From contig OZ024742.1 of the NCBI GenBank assembly GCA_964016885.1, forward strand, positions 73,532,001 to 73,596,000: 64,000 nt of DNA, in the 5' to 3' direction. The DNA is from Eledone cirrhosa. Its lineage: Eukaryota. A program made the translations under genes and the position numbers. The notes under the pieces are model-generated. The model made no database searches. It worked only from the letters and a program-made list of their open reading frames with translations, and was not told the DNA's origin. Below, piece after piece: positions 1 through 12,792 of this stretch (position 1 is the stretch's first letter; each line of letters starts with the position of its first letter).

Positions 1-1123
1 ATATACTACTATCTGGTAAATACACTGGATGGTGTGGTCCTATATTATATATATACTACTATCTGGTAAATACACTGGATGGTGTGGTCCTATATTATAT
101 ATATATATATATATACTATCTAGTAAATACACTGGGTGATGTGGTCCTATATTATATATATATATATATATACTATCTGGTAAATACACTGGATGGTGTG
201 GTCCTATATTATATATATACTACTATCTAGTAAATACACTGGGTGATGTGGTCCTATATTATATATATATACTACTATCTAGTAAATACACTGGATGGTG
301 TGGTCCTATATTATATATATACTACTATCTAGTAAATACACTGGGTGATGTGGTCCTATATTATATATATATATATATATACTATCTGGTAAATACACTG
401 GATGGTGTGGTCCTATATTATATATATACTACTATCTAGTAAATACACTGGGTGGTGTGGTCCTATATTATATATATATATATATATACTATCTAGTAAA
501 TACACTGGGTGATGTGGTCCTATATTATACATATATACTACTATCTAGTAAATACACTGGATGGTGTGGTCCTATATTATATCTAGTAAATACACTGGGT
601 GGTGTGGCCCCATATATATGAAAAAATATCGTTTTTACAAAAGAATATAAAAAAATTGGAAGGAGGTAGGTGGAGAAGTTTAAAACAGCTCAAAATACAG
701 TAATTTATTATAATAAACAGGACAATATATATACTATTATCTGGTAAACACACTGGATAATGTGGTTCTATATTATATATATATATATATATATACCATC
801 TGGTAAACACTGGATGATGTGGTCCTATATTATATATATATACTATCTGGTAAATAACTGGATGATGTGGTCCTATATTATATATATATATAGATATACT
901 ATCTGGTAAACACTGGATAATTGTTTCTAATTTTGGCACAAGGCCAGCAAATACGCAGTTCATTACTGGTACTTTATTTTATCGACCTGGTAAACACTGG
1001 GTAATGTGGTCCTATATTATATTAGTATATATATATATATACTATCTGGTAAACATACTGGAAAATGTGGTTCTATATTATATATATATATGTACTATCT
1101 GGTAAACACACTGGATAATGTGG

Positions 1124-1130
<7 letters not shown>
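1..1130. repeat. Minisatellite, about 50-62 bp unit with variable (TA)n
   Basis: Repeated tactactatct(g/a)gtaaatacactgg(atg/gtg)..tgtggtcctatat(ta)n: about 11 regular copies to ~600, degenerate copies to ~1130, one more at ~1480-1515. Confidence 0.95.
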
Positions 1131-1170
<40 letters not shown>

Positions 1171-1179
1171 TATATATAA

Positions 1180-1472
1180 AGTATTGAAGTTTCCGTTGAA
1201 AATTGAAAAAGTCATAGGAGTGAAGAGTGCTCTATGTAAGTACCAGAGCTAAATTTAATGTATAATAAATAATACAATATAATTACCTCATTACCAGAGG
1301 TTTCCCGAATAAGGCGAATACGAAAAACATCCTCATTCGTTCATCGGACAAGGCAATTTCCTTGAAAATTGCCTTGTCCGATGAACGAATGATGACGTTT
1401 TTCGTATTCGTCTTATTCGGGAAACCTTTGGTAATGAGGTAATTATATTGTATTGTTTATTGTACATTAAAT
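1180..1472. mobile_element. Penelope-pLTR-like fragment forming a ~220-bp fold-back with hammerhead-like motif on both arms
   Basis: 1253-1472 is a near-perfect inverted repeat centred at ~1362 and flanked by (TA)n. Each arm reads CCGAUGA-A-stemII-G-GAAA-CCUY..GAGG-UA. Confidence 0.6.
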
Positions 1473-3041
1473 ATATATATATCTGGTAAACACACTGGAT
1501 GATGTGGTCCTATATTTGCCATTATGATAGAACTCTTATGAGATGCAACTTCATAAGAGGCTGTTAAAACTTGTCCAGATTTGTATGCCATAAGAACAAC
1601 TTAACCCATTAAGGGAGTATTTACATGGATTCCCCACCCTATCTGCTAGAAATAGCAGTCAAATTACTGGCATCAAACTGGTATCTTTGAGATGGACATG
1701 GCTAGAATGACCTGCATCACACAACACCAGTTTCATCATCAACAAAACAAAAAACTATAAAGGTGATGTGACTGGTTGAGTGTGACTTGCTTTTATAGTA
1801 GCTAGTATAACTTACTGGTATGCTAACTAGTGGAGTGGAGTATGACTTGCCTGTATGGTAAGTAGCTGAGTGTGTAGTAACAGGTGTGGAATGTGACTGA
1901 ATTATGTATTGACTGCCATAGAGTAATGTGTTAACTAATGTGGCTGTGACCTAAGTATTCAGTCTTGTGTATGTTTGTGTGCCTGCAGTGTGTGTTTGTG
2001 TGCCCACAGTGTGACTATAATGTTAACTCATGTGGCCGTGACCTAGCTGTTCAAAGTCATGTGTGTGAGTGTGGTACAGTGTGTCTGTGTGTGTGTGTGT
2101 GAATGTGGTACTCACGTTATCTAATGTGGAGGGTGACTGGGAAGGTTGTAATAGTTGCACTGATGTTTGGAGGTAATCATGAGAATAATGTATATACACA
2201 AATCTAGTGTATGTGGCAACATTGTGCTTGGGTGGTTTGGATATGTAGACCTTTGTGATATAGGGATGGTCTAGAGAATGTAGGGTTTGTTGAATATATA
2301 ATCCCTGTTGGTGTAACTTCACAGATTGAGGTCTATGATGTTAACCCATAATAAAAGTGGTCTATGTAATGTTACCCTGTAGTAATTAACCCACAGTCTG
2401 TGTTGTTAACACAGTGTAGGTTTATGTGATGTTACACTTTAGTGTGGGTCTGTGTGATGGATTTTACCCCTATTCTATGATGTAACACCATAATGTAGTT
2501 CTGTGTGATGTTACCCTATTGTGTAGGTTTGTGATACAATCCTTGGGTATATGACCATGTGATGTAACACCAGGATGTGTATTTGTAATGTAACCCACGG
2601 TTGTGAGTCTGTGTTGTTACTCCAAATTGTGGGTCATTTTGTGTGATATTACGCTGTGATGTAGATTTCTTTGATGTTACTCCATAGTGTAATCTGTGTG
2701 ATGTAACTCCAGAGCTACACAGATATATGTGACATATATGGTTGATGATTTGTTTTGAATTGCTCTGGATCTACCGTGGTATTTCTGTTGTATGTCTGGG
2801 TTGTTACTTGGACCTAGGTGAGCCCTGATCGAACACGCAAGATCAAAAGCATTCCAGTTGTGACTAACTAATTTTTTATGTGAATGTAGTACTACATTCA
2901 TTATCTAACAATATTAGTCTGTAGTGTGTTGTGACTAACTAACACGTGTCTCCTCTCTATCCTTTTCCCCCGTTTTCCTTTTTACTCTAGCTTGTCTTCC
3001 TTTCCTTCTCTCGCTCAGATTTCCTCCCTTCTCTTTTTCTA

Positions 3042-3077
3042 TCTTCCAATGAAGGATTAGCATCTGAAACGTTAAGA
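3042..3077 (+). ncRNA. Decayed minimal hammerhead ribozyme motif (Penelope type)
   Basis: tctt-CCAAUGA-a-ggat(tagc)atct-GAA-ACGU-U-aaga. Stem I tctt/aaga and palindromic ACGU are present, but the core has two substitutions. Homologous to 53161-53196. Confidence 0.55.
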
Positions 3078-3706
3078 CTATTTTTCAACTGTATCAAACA
3101 CTAAACTCATATGCCATAATTTTGTTTTTCACTGCTAACTTTTCATGCACAAAAAACAGGCACACACGTGTTTTTGTGTGAATGGTAGTGTCTGGAGTGT
3201 ACATGTGTATACCACTGTTGTGTCTACATCAACACGTTCCCAAGCTGTTCTCTTGTTGTAATATATATATATATATATATATATACATACTGGCACTTCG
3301 TCGGTCACGACGAGTGCTCCAGTTGTTTTGATCAACAAAACAACTTTCTTGTTCGCCACTTATTACTGAGATGGTTTTGGGGGAAGAGTCCTCAAACACT
3401 CCTTCCAGCAGGTCCTATCAGAAGCAACCGTCTCCAACTGATCCGGCTGTATCCCAGAACAACTTGCAAGTGGCTGAGCATTCCACTGGCGCGTGTAACC
3501 ATAACGTAGTTTTCAGGAAGATTTAGAATTTATAGGTACAACTAATTTTTGCTAGCTGAGTGTGTTTGTGACCCGTTAGCTATTACCTCCATTTATTTCA
3601 TTTATGAAATAGGGGTTCCAGCTAGACACTTTTGTATTTACCCCATCACATTTCCACTCTTACTATGTCACTGTCTCTTCTCCCACCATCTGTATCATGT
3701 ATATAT

Positions 3707-3747
<41 letters not shown>

Positions 3748-5446
3748 CCTTATCGAGCCCTCTTCTGATTTTAGCCTTCACATTTATTATTATTACTATA
3801 TATATAAAATTTAATATAGAAATGACTTCTACAGGACTAGAACTGGTTCATTCAAGGAAAGAAGCAAATGGACAAATGACAAAATGATAGTCTTAACGAC
3901 TATTTACAAATAAGTCACAAGGGACAGTAACAAATGAACAAAAGACATGACGATAGTCCTAACGACTATTTACACACACACACACGTATATATATGTATA
4001 TATGTATACACACTCGCACCAGTTTGTTTAAGTTTGCTGTTAAACGTCCTAATTTGTTATATTTTTTCATTCATTTACTCTTATGCCTTCCCCTCTCTCT
4101 ATTTGTCTTTATTTCTTTAGTTCATCCCCTCTCTTCCTCTGTGTATCTACTCCTCAATCAACCTCTTTTATTTCCACCTCAATCTCTCTCCCTTTCTACC
4201 TTTGTCTCACTCTCTCTCCCCTACTGTATACCATCCTATTGTTCAACAAACGGTATACTAATTTTTTGTAAATCATTCATTAAATATTATCAAATAACCA
4301 ACAACATACCCCAATAATTAACGGTCAGAAAATAACCCATCCCTCTCGTCTCTATAATCCCCTGCATCCAACAATTATTAATAAAAACTCCCCTCTCAAT
4401 GTAACTCCAACAAAGCTTTCTTCGTTGCTATCTTTCAACCTCTGACCTCTTTTCTTTGTATCCGTTTTCTTGGACCCTTCCCACCCCCACCACTGGCCTA
4501 TGTTTTCCGCCGCAAAACTCCATTAAATACGATTTACTACTAACTCCTTGATGTGACCATTTTCTCCTGTTTATTATATCTATCATCTTTCTATCTCTTC
4601 ACATATCCCGCCATATTTCACCTTTCTTTCCTTCTAAATTTTCTATTACTTTATTATACCCACCGTGCTTTCGTTGTTTCTGCTAGAAATAATTGCCAGA
4701 TTATCCTCAAAATTACATTAAAATGGACGGTACAATGTAGTCCTAGATCGTATAAAAGAACGGGACTGTCATGGCCGGAACTCATTTGATCATAAGCCTG
4801 TCTGTTCGACCAGAGTAGTTGATCACAGGCAAACAATAACAGTTTCAGACTTTTCCCTGCTATTTCTATTATTTTCTCCTCTCCATCTTGCACCACCCGT
4901 TTACTGTATATTTTTCTGCACATGTTTATTGGTGAGGATCTATGTGGTCTAGACTCCATTAAATACAATGTGTGTGTGTATGTGTATTTAGTTTTAGATT
5001 ATGCTTATCAAACACGTTCTCTGTGTTAATACGTATTGTGTGTATAAATAAAATATATCCAGTGTATAATAACACTTAAAGATTATTGTATGTTATATCC
5101 ATGGTGTTCTTATTGTGTAATATAGTAAAGAGGATTTGTATATTCATTATTAAAACGATTGTTATATAGGTGGATGGATGTTATTTGTATCTACATGAAA
5201 AAGTATATTGTCTCTTACACAAGATGTTAGTATCTTATATATACACTGTTTATTTATTAGTGTATTTTAACAATTGTACACAGTTGCTTATTACATATTG
5301 AATCAATAGATGATCTTATTGGTGTGTAATGTACCACCATATACTCATCATCATTTTACGTGCGCTTTTCCCTGCTTGCAAGGGTGCAAGGGTGGGACAC
5401 TATATATATTATATATGGACATACAGGTGTGTGTGTATATATATAT

Positions 5447-5636
5447 AACGAAAGAGTTGTGGTAAGGAACCAGATGGACCATAGCGCACCAGAGTACTCA
5501 ATACTTAAAGTAGTAGAGTGGGTAATAGGAAAATATGTAAGACCTCGACGGCAGAGCTCAAGCTGTTTCGACGGCTATTTCAGTCGAGAAATAGCCGTCG
5601 AAACGGCTTGAGCTCTGCCGTCGGGGTCTTACATAT
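5447..5636. mobile_element. Hammerhead-family element, fold-back copy (family A)
   Basis: Leader aacgaaagagttgtggtaaggaaccagatggacc... then an inverted repeat at 5533-5636 carrying tagccgtc-GAAA-cggc..gccg-UC-gggg. Homologous to 8409-8627 and 32621-32811. Confidence 0.75.
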
Positions 5637-7013
5637 GTGTGTATGTATTTTTATTGTCATTTATGCGGCCATTCTCGGTACCGACCTTGATTTAGTCGAT
5701 AATATCAACCTAGTGTTTATTTTATCGATCTCTGTTTTGGCCGACCTACCTGAAAGTATAGATGACACCCAAGGTGCCGCACAGTAAGATTGAACCCAGA
5801 ATTACATGGTTGTGAAGCGAACCTTTTAACCACACAATCATGCCTACACATACACACATATATTATTGAGATTACTCTGTGTTGCTACTCTAAGTTTCAC
5901 GGGTTGCCATTCGTATTTAATTTATGTGTGTGTATATATATATAGCTATTATGTATAGTTATATATATGTAGCCATCTATCTATATGTATACACACAAAA
6001 GGCGGAGAATGGGGAGAGTTGTTAAGACGTCGGATAGAATGCTCTACGGTATTCGTCACACCTCATTGCACGCTCTGAGTTCAAATCTCGCCGGGGTAAA
6101 CTTTGCCTTTCATCCTTTCGAGGTGGATAAAAAAAGTTCAATCCAGTACTGGGGTCAATTCTTTCTCTATAAAAAAAAATCCGTTGTTGTTCTGACCTGG
6201 AGAGGGTTGGGCTCCACCAGGTTTGAAAATGCTCTAGACACGCCGTATGAAGGTGCCTCTACGACTCCACAAGGAGTTATGGGATCTTTATCCTTATAAA
6301 TACATGTTTGTGTGTGCGTGTATATAATATATATAGATATGTCTACATGTATGTATTTTGTTACATACAGTTATACAGTCCTTATTATATTGTTATAGCT
6401 ACATATACTCACTATACGATTTTTATCCCATTAGATATTTGTACAATATCTACCATGTGTCTATAAATTATATATACAATGAAACAATTCACAACTTCAC
6501 ACAATAGTATAACGGTGAGGTAATTAATGTTTTAAAACACTCTCCCTCACTAAACACTACTTTAATTTAATTTGGAGTGTGTTGGCCATGGGTTTTTCTT
6601 TTTATAATTAGTGGGAGGAAAATCCACAAAACAGACATCTGTCTTATGTAGAATTGTGTCTCATTTGTATGAATTCATTATATATATAGCTGGTGCATAT
6701 ATTAAATAATAAAGCTTATATTTCTCTACTTGTAAATAAGTAAAATACGTGGAATAAAATGTGACGTTATGTTTATGAAACGTTTTAAAGGACACCGTGT
6801 TTATGGTGTGATTGAAATATTTTATTTTAGCTTTGCAGCATCCTGTATACCATAGTTTAAACTTCAACACATACACGTGTGACTATAATAGAATAGATAT
6901 AAATATTTTTGATTTCTAATTTCTAAAGCAACGTTCGCCTCCTTACCATGTCTTGGGACATGTCGGTTACTTCGATACCTTTACTCATTTCTCCATTTTT
7001 TCTTTCTTTCCAG

Positions 7014-7098
7014 CGTATTTTGGGATTTATACTGTGCAGCACCAGAAAGGAGAGATACGTGTGATCATTCTAGTGAGGCTAAAGCTTTTCACGACTAT
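7014..7098 (+). CDS. Ssdp: Internal coding exon of Ssdp / SSBP2-3-4 family gene (C-terminal part of LUFS domain)
   Basis: Polypyrimidine acceptor ttttttctttctttcCAG (AG 7012-7013) and donor GTAAGT at 7099. After one split-codon base the frame reads [28 protein letters not shown], which I recognise as near-identical to the SSBP2/3/4 motif (C)[13 protein letters not shown](D/E)[14 protein letters not shown]. Absent from the ORF track because it has no start codon. Confidence 0.95.
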
Positions 7099-7271
7099 GT
7101 AAGTATGAGGAACTACTTCTCTTTCTCTCAACACACCACCATAAAAGTTGGTAGAGGCGACGATGGGGGTAACATCCTCCTCCTGCTCCTTCTTCCTTTA
7201 TGTTGCGGCCATTTTAGTGTGATGGCGCCTCTTCATCATCCAGCACAATAAAACTAACCAACATCTTACTG

Positions 7272-7319
<48 letters not shown>

Positions 7320-8234
7320 TGTTTGTGCGTGTGTATATATAATGTGAGAATATCAAAGGCAGAAAATAACAAACAACAGTCGATCGCTATAATGGCTTAG
7401 AAAATCGGGTAAAATACTCCTGGAGAAGGGGGAAAATGGCTTATGGCTGCTACGGAGAATCGAACTCCGTATCTCTTGAATACAATGTCATAATATAATT
7501 TACATACACACATATATATACGTATATAGATACATATATGAGTGTGTCTATATATGATTTTGTTTAAATAAAGATATGTGTAGATATAATGCATATACAT
7601 ATATGGCGAGTCAGGTTTTGTCGTTAATATTACTCTATTTACCAGTGCTAATTCTTATGGGAAAGGTACAAAATATGAACACACTTAATTTTATTTTTTT
7701 AGTATAGTTATAGTCATGATGGTTTTAATGTTCTAAGCAACTACAATGTATTTTTTAGTGTGTATGTATGTTTATCCACACACACATACTGCTGTTGATG
7801 TAGAGTGGTATAGTATGGTGCAGTCATTAGCCAAGCTATTATTATCCATCCAGCCACTACTCACCATCATCATTAAGTCTACATGTGTGTGTGTGTCACT
7901 CTCAATAGGGACACACTAACTAAAGCTGCACTAATCAGAGACTGACTAACCACGAGGACATTAGTACTTGGTATCTAAAATTAAAGAAAAATACAACTGT
8001 TCAGTTCACTGATGAACAGTTAGTTTAGTTTTAGAAAGAAAGCTTAGTAAATTATAGATTGACTCCATCTTAGATATATACAGACAGGGTGACAGAAGAT
8101 ACATCCACTCACTAAAATAGTCAGGCACATACATAATCATAAACACACGGAAATATATATATATATTCATATAGGTATGCATGTACACACATACACAATC
8201 ATAATCATAAACACATAGAAATATATATATATAT

Positions 8235-8368
8235 ATATATATAACATAATATAGAAATGGCTTCTACAGACTAAAACTTTCATTCGAAGGAAATCATCAG
8301 GAAAGCCCATTTATACTCTATGTATTGAGTACCTTACTACTGTGGTTACCCCCGAATGAACCCAGGAT

Positions 8369-8370
<2 letters not shown>
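8235..8370. mobile_element. Hammerhead-like/tail inverted fragment (family B)
   Basis: Minus strand cCUGAUGA-tttccttcgaat-GAAA-gttttaGUC-tgtagaagccatttctat joined to an oppositely oriented tail gtattgagtaccttactactgtggttaccc. Homologous pieces at ~3815-3865 and 29265-29360. Confidence 0.5.
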
Positions 8371-8407
<37 letters not shown>

Positions 8408-8419
8408 GGAACCAGTAAG

Positions 8420-8513
8420 ACCCCGACAGCTGAGCTCAAGCCGTTTCGACGGCTAATTCTGGACTAAATGAAAATTTATCCTGGTATTTAAATAGCCGAT
8501 CTTCTCAAGGGGT
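8420..8513 (-). ncRNA. Complete type I hammerhead ribozyme candidate, U3-A8 core variant
   Basis: Minus strand: acccc-UUGAGAA-ga(u)cggcua..long loop..uagccguc-GAAA-cggcu(ugagcuc)agcug-UC-ggggu. All three stems pair; GUC cleavage triplet at 8427-8425. Confidence 0.7.
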
Positions 8514-8768
8514 AATTCCATATATGGTCAAAGTGATTGTCAAAAATCAGTAGTAATTCTGTGGTTGCAAATTAGTAGGTTTTGGTGCGTTATGGTCCAC
8601 CTGGTTCCTTACCACATTTCCTTCGTTATATATATATATATATATATATATATTCATTTAGACACACAGAGACAGGTACACACACACATGTATGTAATGT
8701 TATATCCTGTGAAATTTTTAATCCATTACAGTGCTTTATCACGAAACTCTAGGTGTTTGAGTCATGTA

Positions 8769-8815
<47 letters not shown>

Positions 8816-9244
8816 CATATATAGGTAGTCATCTATGAAGACAAGTAGACACAACAATGCAGACAATCATACACATTCAGTCATCTACAACTATTTATAC
8901 ATACTCAAATACACTGACAACAATTTTCTTTTTATTTATCATATAGTCTGTATTGTTTCCATGTCTATAGCTTTCTAGTTAGTTTTATTGCTATTGTTTT
9001 TACATATTCTACACATAAGTGTTCTAAACATCTGACAAACTAAACTAAATTTGTAGATGACAAAGTACCTTGTCCTGTTCTTTGATTTCTGAGTTCAAAT
9101 CTTTCTGTTCTCTGTGGTCTACTTTGATGCAAAACATCTGGTTTCACCTTGTTCTTTGGTGCCTTTAATGGAGACCACCCTGTTGCAAGCATTCCAATCA
9201 GCTCTTTGGTTTGGGGATACTTCCCTCTCTGCTGCTTAACAATA

Positions 9245-9600
9245 TATCATCATCATCATTTAACGTCCAATTTCCACGCTAGCATGGGTTAGACAAGCTG
9301 TCCCATTGTGACACAAGCCATGTTTTATTCACACAGAATTGATTTTGGCTTTGTTTCTACAGCTGGATGCCCTTCCTAATGCCAACCACATTTACAGTGT
9401 ATTGGGTGCTTTTTGTTGTGACATCTACATGACCACTTTACAGTGTGGACTGAGAGCTTTTTGTTGTGATACTTACGCAACCACTTTACAGTGTGGACGG
9501 TGCTTTTTGTCATGAAACCTATACAACCACTTTATAGTGTGAACTGGGCACACGTCATGGCACCAAGATGACTACTATAATGTGGATTGGGGACTTGGTC
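9245..9600 (-). mobile_element. SINE/LINE-tail copy with tandem ~45-bp subrepeats
   Basis: (CAT)n + ttaacgtccaatttccacgctagcatgggtt and ggatgcccttcctaatgccaaccac match the RTE 3' tail; accactttacagtgtggac units follow in tandem. Confidence 0.7.
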
Positions 9601-12600
9601 TATCATGAAATATATTGGCTACTAAGTCCATTGTGGCCTTAGTTGGTCTGTTGTTGAAGGTGCTGTGGTCAGATGTGGTTTTAGCTGGTTTGTTATTGAT
9701 GTTTAGTCTCAGGTCAGTCCTAATCTAGCAAACCTATAATAAAAACTGTTCCAGCCATGAACATTCTGCCATTTCTTTTGCAGACATACTAAATTAAGGT
9801 CTACCTTATCCAATGTCTCATTCCTTTTCTAAAAACATATGGTGGAATTTGACTGATTTACTAGTTCAAGCAAGTTAAGCAACCATACAGAGGTGGACAT
9901 GCTTTGACGCTGTAAGTTGGTTGTTTTCAATGACCAGACAGTTGGCCTGTTGTAGTGGTCAAGACATGTGGGCACTGTATGGTTGGTGGTCAGGACATAT
10001 ATCTGGAGTATAGTTGCCATATGGCATAGTGTGATGTGGTCATGTGCTTTTTATGTCTCATTGTGGAGGTAAAATACAGTATCAAAATTATCAACTGAAA
10101 ATTTGCCAGTTAAAATGAGTTGTTGCAAATTTATTATGTTGTAGGACATTATTCCACGTCTTGTTTCATCAAGCTGTGTGGGAGTTAAATAAATACCATA
10201 TGATTTTAGTCATTGAGTGTAAATATTCTTCCTCATCTGCTTGATGCCATGAAACCAGTTAAACACTGGATCATAGAGAGTTCTCAGCAATTAAGACATA
10301 TTATTAATATATTTCTTGTGATTTCATGTCAACTATATACTTGTGTGTTACTAGATACCATATAGGCAAATTAGCAGTCATTTTTCCTCTGCTAATTTAC
10401 AGTCCTGCCGAGGTCAACTTTGCCTTTCATTCATTCTTTCAATAGAATATAGTACCATTCTAGCAGTGGAATAGTGGAATTGCTATTTGTGTTCTAAGCT
10501 CAAATCCCATTGTGACTTAATCCATTGCTCAGTTTAACATTACCACCAGGCCCTTGGATGCTTTTACTGGGGCCCACTCTATTGTTAGCATTTGGGTGAA
10601 GGCTCTGGTTTGAAGATACCTCCCTCTCTCCCTCCTTGATAGTCCTGAAAAGGGCCATAGACACTATCCTTATCTCCCTGACTAAACAAAATAAAAAATT
10701 GTAGTGATTTTGTCTACCTATGGTACTAGTTAAATTTTCCTGTGCACTAAACAGCTACTCTTCCCTGAAATCTTGTAGATATTGCATCTATAAAGTCACC
10801 AGTCCAACTGCAGTGGTTACTGATATAGAGATTTTAAGTAGACTTTATGACAAATCAAAAACATATAAGTTTCTCTATGATTTGTCAGTAAAATTCTTAT
10901 CTAAATTTACATTTGTCATACATACACAGCTAATATCGTGTTAGCTTGAGCCCACTATTTAACTTCTAGAGATTGAGATTTTTAGATAATTAGATTATAG
11001 ATATTCTATCGTCTTTGTAAAGCAGTTTTAGCAGTTAGGTCACATCCTCTCTTGTGGTTTTTGTAAGGATACATTTCTGTATTTCAGTCTAGGTTCAGTT
11101 TCAGGCTTTATTGTTTCTCAAACTATTTAATTTAGGCAAACAACAAACTGTTCATTACTTATTTTTTATTTTCATTTTTGTTAGAGTGAATGGAAAAACA
11201 GATTGTCAAATATTAATATTTACTGATATTTTTTGCTGTTTTAATGATAGGGGCACCAGCCATTGTTGGTGTCAAAAGGGTTAATATTGACATACTTCAG
11301 CCTTGAACAACATTCATCTATAAAATCATTTGCTTCAACAAAGTTTTAGTTATGGAACAGTGGATAGAAAAGTTAAATTTTACTGTATTGTCTTCAATTT
11401 ACAATTTGAAGGAAACGGGTTATTTATTTTTTTGTTAGTGGTTGTTATTTAGTAGTTCTGTAATTACTTTGGTTAGTTTACAGTTAACATTTCATGCAAT
11501 CATCATCAATTTTATGTCTCCTTTCCATTCTAGCATGGGTTGGATGGGTTGTCAGTATCTCATATATTCTCACACAGTTAAAAAAAACTGTTTTTCCTTC
11601 TCAACTCCGACTTCCACCAATTCACAGACAATATGGAGTGAGAAAAAGCAGTTAAACAAAAGAAAGGCTTGAATGGGGAAGGTGTGTGATTTAGTGGTTA
11701 GAGTTTTTGTCTCATGATCCTAAGGGCATGGATTTGAATCCTGAACCGGGCAGTGCATTGTATTCTTGAGCAAGACATTATTTTATGTTGCTTTTCATGA
11801 TAAAAGTGGGGTCTCCTATCATTAAAACAACTGAGAACCCTTATGAGATACATCCATGTAGGAGGTCAGCTAAACCTGCATAAGTGAGCTGTAAATTTTA
11901 TTTCATGTTATTTCTCAAGACTTGGGGAGCTTAATTGCTTGGAATTTGATATAAGTGAATTGAAAGAATATATTAAGTATATTTTGACACTGGCAATACC
12001 ACTTTACACAATGTAATAGGTACATTTTATCGTGGCACCAGCACTAACCACTTTATAGAATGTACTAGGTACATTTTTTCGTGCCACAAGAACTATTACT
12101 TTATAATGTACTGCATGCATTTTTGCATGTCACCAGCACTTGCCATTTTACAGTGTGTACAGGGTACACTTTATTGTAGCACCAGCACTACCACTTAACA
12201 GAGTGTACTGAGTGTATATTATTGTAATATCAGTATCAGAGAAGTGAACAAGTCCTTGACAGGGCCAAAGTGTTCTTGTGAAATCTGAAATAACTGTTAG
12301 ATTATGGGGTTTCACCTGTGTGGAATTATGTGATAAGGCTGATTGTTGTGCAAAACAGTTTTATAGGTGTATCATACTTGTACTTTCCTTAAATACAGAG
12401 CATGTCATGGTTTAACTATGGGAGATTGGTCTCCCTGATGGACACAATTACATGCCATTAATGTGTATGTGTATATAAGCAGGGGTTTCACTTCAGGGTG
12501 GTGGATTGGCAGAATTGTTAGTGTTGGACTAAACACCTTATTTAAATCATGCTGTGCCTTATTTGCTTGCTAGACTTAACCCATTACCATATTTTTCATG

Positions 12601-12792
12601 AAAGACTCTATGATTTTCAAATAATTTATAAAATAATCAAGCATTTGAAAGGATTTAGTCACATAGCTTTCTCATTATTATTTGGACCATAATTAAAAAT
12701 GTTTTTCTTACATAAAATTATGCAGGAAGATTTAAATTTAAATACATACACTTTAAAATAAAGTTTTGTATCATAAAACCTAGGGCTCTTTC

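Noticed and set aside
1-600. CRISPR-like regular repeat
   Set aside because: Variable parts are only (TA)n length changes, not unique spacers; eukaryotic context with no cas genes.
7443-7490. tRNA-like T-arm on the minus strand (ggagttcgattctcc)
   Set aside because: Only a 3' half with no D-arm or acceptor partner; more likely a SINE head fragment than a tRNA gene.
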